A stretch of DNA of 44,112 nucleotides. It comes from a virus. Positions 41,568-44,112 of the stretch are shown piece after piece. The notes beneath the pieces were generated by a model. That model was not told where the DNA came from, searched no databases, and was given only the letters and a program-made list of their open reading frames with translations. How positions within the stretch are numbered: position 1 is the first letter of the stretch; each line of letters starts with the position of its first letter. The DNA lies in IMG/VR virus record IMGVR_UViG_3300029558_000015, positions 1-44,112 of that record. One strand, given 5' to 3'. The position numbers and the translations under genes were made by a program.

Positions 41568-41609
41568 ATTTTACCACACTTCGATTCACATGTGTTTCAC
41601 AACGATTCA
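41568..41609 (-). promoter_or_regulatory. Extended -10 promoter (TGgTAAAAT) with poor -35 and two TGAATCG repeats 21 nt apart (activator-dependent late promoter candidate)
   Basis: Minus sense TGGTAAAAT at 41576-41568. TGAATCG at 41588-41582 and 41609-41603. Directly downstream of the late regulator gene. Confidence 0.5.
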
Positions 41610-41635
41610 AATAAAGCGTAGAAATCAAAGCGCTT

Positions 41636-42136
41636 TCAATGGTCGTTTTGTACATCCTCCCAGATTTCTGCCAAAGCATCAAACCCCTCGTGGATGTAGG
41701 TAGAGACCGAATTGTCTCTGGACAAGCCCACGTCCACCGCGATCTTCTTTTGGGGCTTCAGGTCGATATACCAGCCGCAGATGCACTTTGCTTGCTTTTC
41801 AGACCGAGCAGACCCGCTCAGGCAGTAGGCCCGCCGGGCAGCTTCGATGCGCAGTTCACAGAGATCAAGCTCCATCTGCTTGAGGTTCCGCTCTTCTGTA
41901 TCGATTCTCTCCACGGCAAAGCCCACCTTGTCACCGGTTCCACCGCCCATCGGCATCCCGCTCATGCTCTGGGTGCACTTTTCGGCAGTATCCCGGATAC
42001 GCTGGATCTTCTGCTTTTGGGCCTCGACCTGCTCCGCCAGGTCTCTGCACTGCTGGAACCACGCCTTTACCTCGCGATAGTCCACACCGGTGCGGGGTTT
42101 TGGTTGTTCGCTTTCAGGTGTCCATGTGCGGGTCAT
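41636..42136 (-). CDS. Late transcriptional regulator, DUF1492 / sigma-70 region-4-like (166 aa)
   Basis: ATG at 42136 lies 6 nt after GGAGGAAAGCG. Coiled-coil N-terminus and C-terminal HTH KCICGWYIDLKPQKKIAVDVGLSRDNSVSTYIHEGFDAL. Confidence 0.6.
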   Translation of the reverse strand: MTRTWTPESEQPKPRTGVDYREVKAWFQQCRDLAEQVEAQKQKIQRIRDTAEKCTQSMSGMPMGGGTGDKVGFAVERIDTEERNLKQMELDLCELRIEAARRAYCLSGSARSEKQAKCICGWYIDLKPQKKIAVDVGLSRDNSVSTYIHEGFDALAEIWEDVQNDH

Positions 42137-42287
42137 CGCTTTCCTCCTCAAACGTGCATTTTACGGCGGGACTACCGATTTCGTAAACGACAACGTTCTT
42201 GATTTTATCGGCGATACCCCGCGCAACCAGAAGATTAACAGTTCCCTCTTCGGTCATGTTTGCTTGAATCCAAATTTCCCCGATCAT
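42114..42287 (-). CDS. Small hypothetical protein (57 aa), absent from the ORF track
   Basis: ATG at 42287 makes an ATGA overlap with the rusA stop. The frame is open to 42114. Confidence 0.45.
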   Translation of the reverse strand: MIGEIWIQANMTEEGTVNLLVARGIADKIKNVVVYEIGSPAVKCTFEEESDDPHMDT

Positions 42288-42673
42288 GTCTTATCCTCCA
42301 TTTCCTCGATCCAGATCTCTGCTCTGGGGTTTTTCTTGTCGTAATCCACCCGGCTACCATCGTGAGCGGCCACGATCTGGCTGTTATCGTCCGCCAGAAC
42401 TTTGGCCTTCACCAGAATATCGCATGTCGCCTCTATGAGATTTGCAAGGTCAACCTTGCGCCGGGTTGCCATGTAGTACACGCACCGCACGTTTACGCGG
42501 GCTGTGATGGGGTTGTAAGGCCGTTTGATCTGCCACAGGCACTTTTCCTGATACTGCATGAACGCCTCGCTGGGGGCCACAATGCGGCGGTTTGCGTGGG
42601 CCTTGAGGATACGGGCGGAATTTTTCTTTGTGCGCGGGTCGCCGTAAAGAGTCAGGCGCATTGTGCTCCTCAT
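42284..42673 (-). CDS. rusA: RusA-family Holliday junction resolvase
   Basis: LTLYGDPRTKKN...VDLANLIEATCDILVKAKVLADDNSQIV... Confidence 0.8.
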   Translation of the reverse strand: MRSTMRLTLYGDPRTKKNSARILKAHANRRIVAPSEAFMQYQEKCLWQIKRPYNPITARVNVRCVYYMATRRKVDLANLIEATCDILVKAKVLADDNSQIVAAHDGSRVDYDKKNPRAEIWIEEMEDKT

Positions 42674-42684
42674 TTCGTCTCCTC

Positions 42685-43017
42685 TCAGTAATACTCGATC
42701 TCCACCAGCGATGTGGATACCAGCTCAAAGCGGCCATTTTCTAGCGGGATGCGGAGCAGCTGATATTCACGCTCAGCAGATATCTTCGTGTCAGGCAGCA
42801 GCTCACCAAAGTTATCCACAGTGATGGTATACTTCGGTTTCCTTCTGCCGGCATAGCCCACTTTTTCGATTGCCGGGGAGTAGACCGTGACATGGTAGCA
42901 AGGCTTTCTTTCAACTTCTGCCTCGGCAGTGGCCGCACCACAGGATGTAAACCACAGCGTCGCAATCAGCAACGCTGCTGCCACGATAAAGCAGATCATT
43001 CTCTTTTTGGTTTTCAT
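42685..43017 (-). CDS. Lipoprotein (110 aa)
   Basis: Signal peptide MKTKKRMICFIVAAALLIATLWFTSC with a lipobox cysteine. Confidence 0.65.
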   Translation of the reverse strand: MKTKKRMICFIVAAALLIATLWFTSCGAATAEAEVERKPCYHVTVYSPAIEKVGYAGRRKPKYTITVDNFGELLPDTKISAEREYQLLRIPLENGRFELVSTSLVEIEYY

Positions 43018-43033
43018 GCTTCACTTCTCCTCC

Positions 43034-43429
43034 TCAAAAATCCCAGTCGGAAGGAACGCCAAGACGGCATTCTCCATCGCCATCGTTACTGGTCGGCTTA
43101 TCGAACGGGCAACCTGGGCAACCATTTCCGGTTGCCAACCAGCCCCGGCAAAATCCCATCAAATAACGGGCCATTTCCTCCGGACTCATAGTGTCGGTTT
43201 CAGGGTTGGATTTCACTTTGCTCAGCTTTGCTTCTGTTTCTTTTACAATTCTATCTGGTATAATATAATCACACGGAAGTTCGTTAGAAAGGCCACAACT
43301 TTCATGGCTTCCGAGGTTGTGGATGCAATCCTTACACCCATTTTCAAATTTTGCATCGCAATATCTTTGCAGGACAAGGGCCGCTTCCACAGCTTCTTTA
43401 TCTGTCGGGATATAAAGTACCTTCAGCAA
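43034..43429 (-). CDS. Cysteine-rich hypothetical protein (131 aa)
   Basis: ORF with several Cys-rich motifs (ENGCKDCIHN, NGCPGCPFD). Coupled to neighbouring genes. Confidence 0.55.
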   Translation of the reverse strand: MLKVLYIPTDKEAVEAALVLQRYCDAKFENGCKDCIHNLGSHESCGLSNELPCDYIIPDRIVKETEAKLSKVKSNPETDTMSPEEMARYLMGFCRGWLATGNGCPGCPFDKPTSNDGDGECRLGVPSDWDF

Positions 43430-43647
43430 AAGATATCCCTCCCTTCCTGCATCCGTTGGAAGGTTTCCTCGTAGGAGTAAACCTTTGCCGGGACGAACTG
43501 CATTGTGTTTGCATCCGCCAGCATCACAACGTCCTCATGCTTTTCGATCAGCTGGCGAAGCTCTTTCATGTAGGCTACCAGCCCGCAGGCATCCGAGTAC
43601 GAAACGCCGCGGCTCATCAGCTGCTTGATAAACTGTTTCTGTGTCAT
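43423..43647 (-). CDS. Hypothetical protein (74 aa)
   Basis: TTGGAGGAAAAGC then ATG. Confidence 0.55.
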   Translation of the reverse strand: MTQKQFIKQLMSRGVSYSDACGLVAYMKELRQLIEKHEDVVMLADANTMQFVPAKVYSYEETFQRMQEGRDIFC

Positions 43648-43660
43648 GCTTTTCCTCCAA

Positions 43661-44112
43661 TCATTCTTCCATCACATAGCACCAGCTCTGAGGCGGCCGC
43701 TCAATCCTTACAGGCTCGTAGCCGAATTTTGTCGCCCGCAGCCTTGTGAAATCGCTCAACGGCCGCGGGTGATCGTAAATTTTCAGGTCGGAAATGTGCC
43801 AGCCATACAAGTCTTTCAAATCCGCATAACTCATCCCGGACTTCCATCCGGCATAGTCTTTGACTTGCGGTACTGTGAGAAGGCTTCCAGAAATTGCAGA
43901 CTCGATATCTTCTTTGACGACACAGTATTCAGGGCCAATGCGTCGGATGCCATCGCAGATAAATTCGCCGACAACCATTCCGTCAGCCCTGCGGTCGAAT
44001 AGATTATGAGGCCTATCGTCGAAATACAAATGGTCAACGGCTTTCCAGCAGAAAAATTTCGTTCCTTTCGTGCAATATATGTAGCACTTAAAAGATTCTT
44101 TCAACGAGACCG
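43661..44112 (-). CDS. ASCH/PUA-like domain protein, 3' part (5' end is at 1-215 across the circular junction)
   Basis: C-terminal ...YDHPRPLSDF...RPPQSWCYV. The TTG start in the ORF track is an artefact of linearisation. Confidence 0.7.
   Translation of the reverse strand, partial: VSLKESFKCYIYCTKGTKFFCWKAVDHLYFDDRPHNLFDRRADGMVVGEFICDGIRRIGPEYCVVKEDIESAISGSLLTVPQVKDYAGWKSGMSYADLKDLYGWHISDLKIYDHPRPLSDFTRLRATKFGYEPVRIERPPQSWCYVMEE
43998..44112. repeat. Terminal direct repeat, copy 2 (identical to 1-115)
   Basis: Exact identity to the window start. Confidence 0.9.

Larger units (their letters stand above)
1..44112. mobile_element. Complete temperate myovirus-type phage genome, circular contig with 115-bp assembly overlap (unique length 43,997 bp)
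   Basis: Integrase plus attP, replication, packaging, head, sheath/tube/baseplate and lysis modules are all present. Bases 1-115 equal 43998-44112. Confidence 0.9.

Noticed and set aside
41208-41569. ORFs of 71, 68 and 74 aa inside the RNA island
   Set aside because: They have no Shine-Dalgarno sequences, an R/C/G/S-rich implausible composition, and overlap each other on both strands. The region is better explained by RNA structure.
1-44112. Reverse transcriptase/DGR, retron, toxin-antitoxin or classical defence systems
   Set aside because: No RT, nuclease-NTPase, Sir2/TIR, or recognisable toxin motifs were seen in any frame. Absence is based only on manual reading of the translations.

Overview
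The window is one complete temperate, contractile-tailed phage genome assembled as a circle. Bases 1-115 are identical to 43998-44112, so the unique length is 43,997 bp, and one gene is split by the artificial linearisation. GC is high and Shine-Dalgarno sites are strong GGAGG type, which suggests a Firmicutes/Clostridia-type host (inference). Nearly all genes are on the minus strand, in this order: early/replication genes, a late regulator, a ~1 kb non-coding RNA island, packaging, head, PBSX-like tail and baseplate, tail fibres, lysis, a mixed-orientation accessory region, then attP. The lysogeny module (tyrosine integrase, HTH proteins, a face-to-face promoter switch, small morons) is at 7780-12166. 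attP (12278-12327) carries the 3' 50 nt of a tRNA-Thr(UGU). The most unusual region is 40627-41635. It holds an activator-type promoter, a ~395-nt helix-rich RNA candidate ending in an intrinsic terminator, a degenerate tRNA-like element, a canonical tRNA-Trp(CCA), a structured spacer, and a 155-nt tRNA-like gene with an 87-nt insertion and a non-canonical anticodon loop. This architecture recalls the large ornate phage RNAs ROOL and GOLLD, but I could not test that. Other items worth a second look:
- a single-orientation iteron array (4060-4522) next to an orphan protein with a RAMP-like glycine-rich loop
- a C10/G10 homopolymer that frameshifts a tail-collar gene
- two genes flanking a DUF4417 gene that share the N-terminal peptide MSKRGSGSS.RA despite synonymous divergence
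- a self-promoted five-gene cassette with BclA-C-terminal-like and YjcZ-like proteins
- an acidic moron under a consensus promoter
All functional calls come from reading translated motifs. No database search, covariance model or folding program was run.
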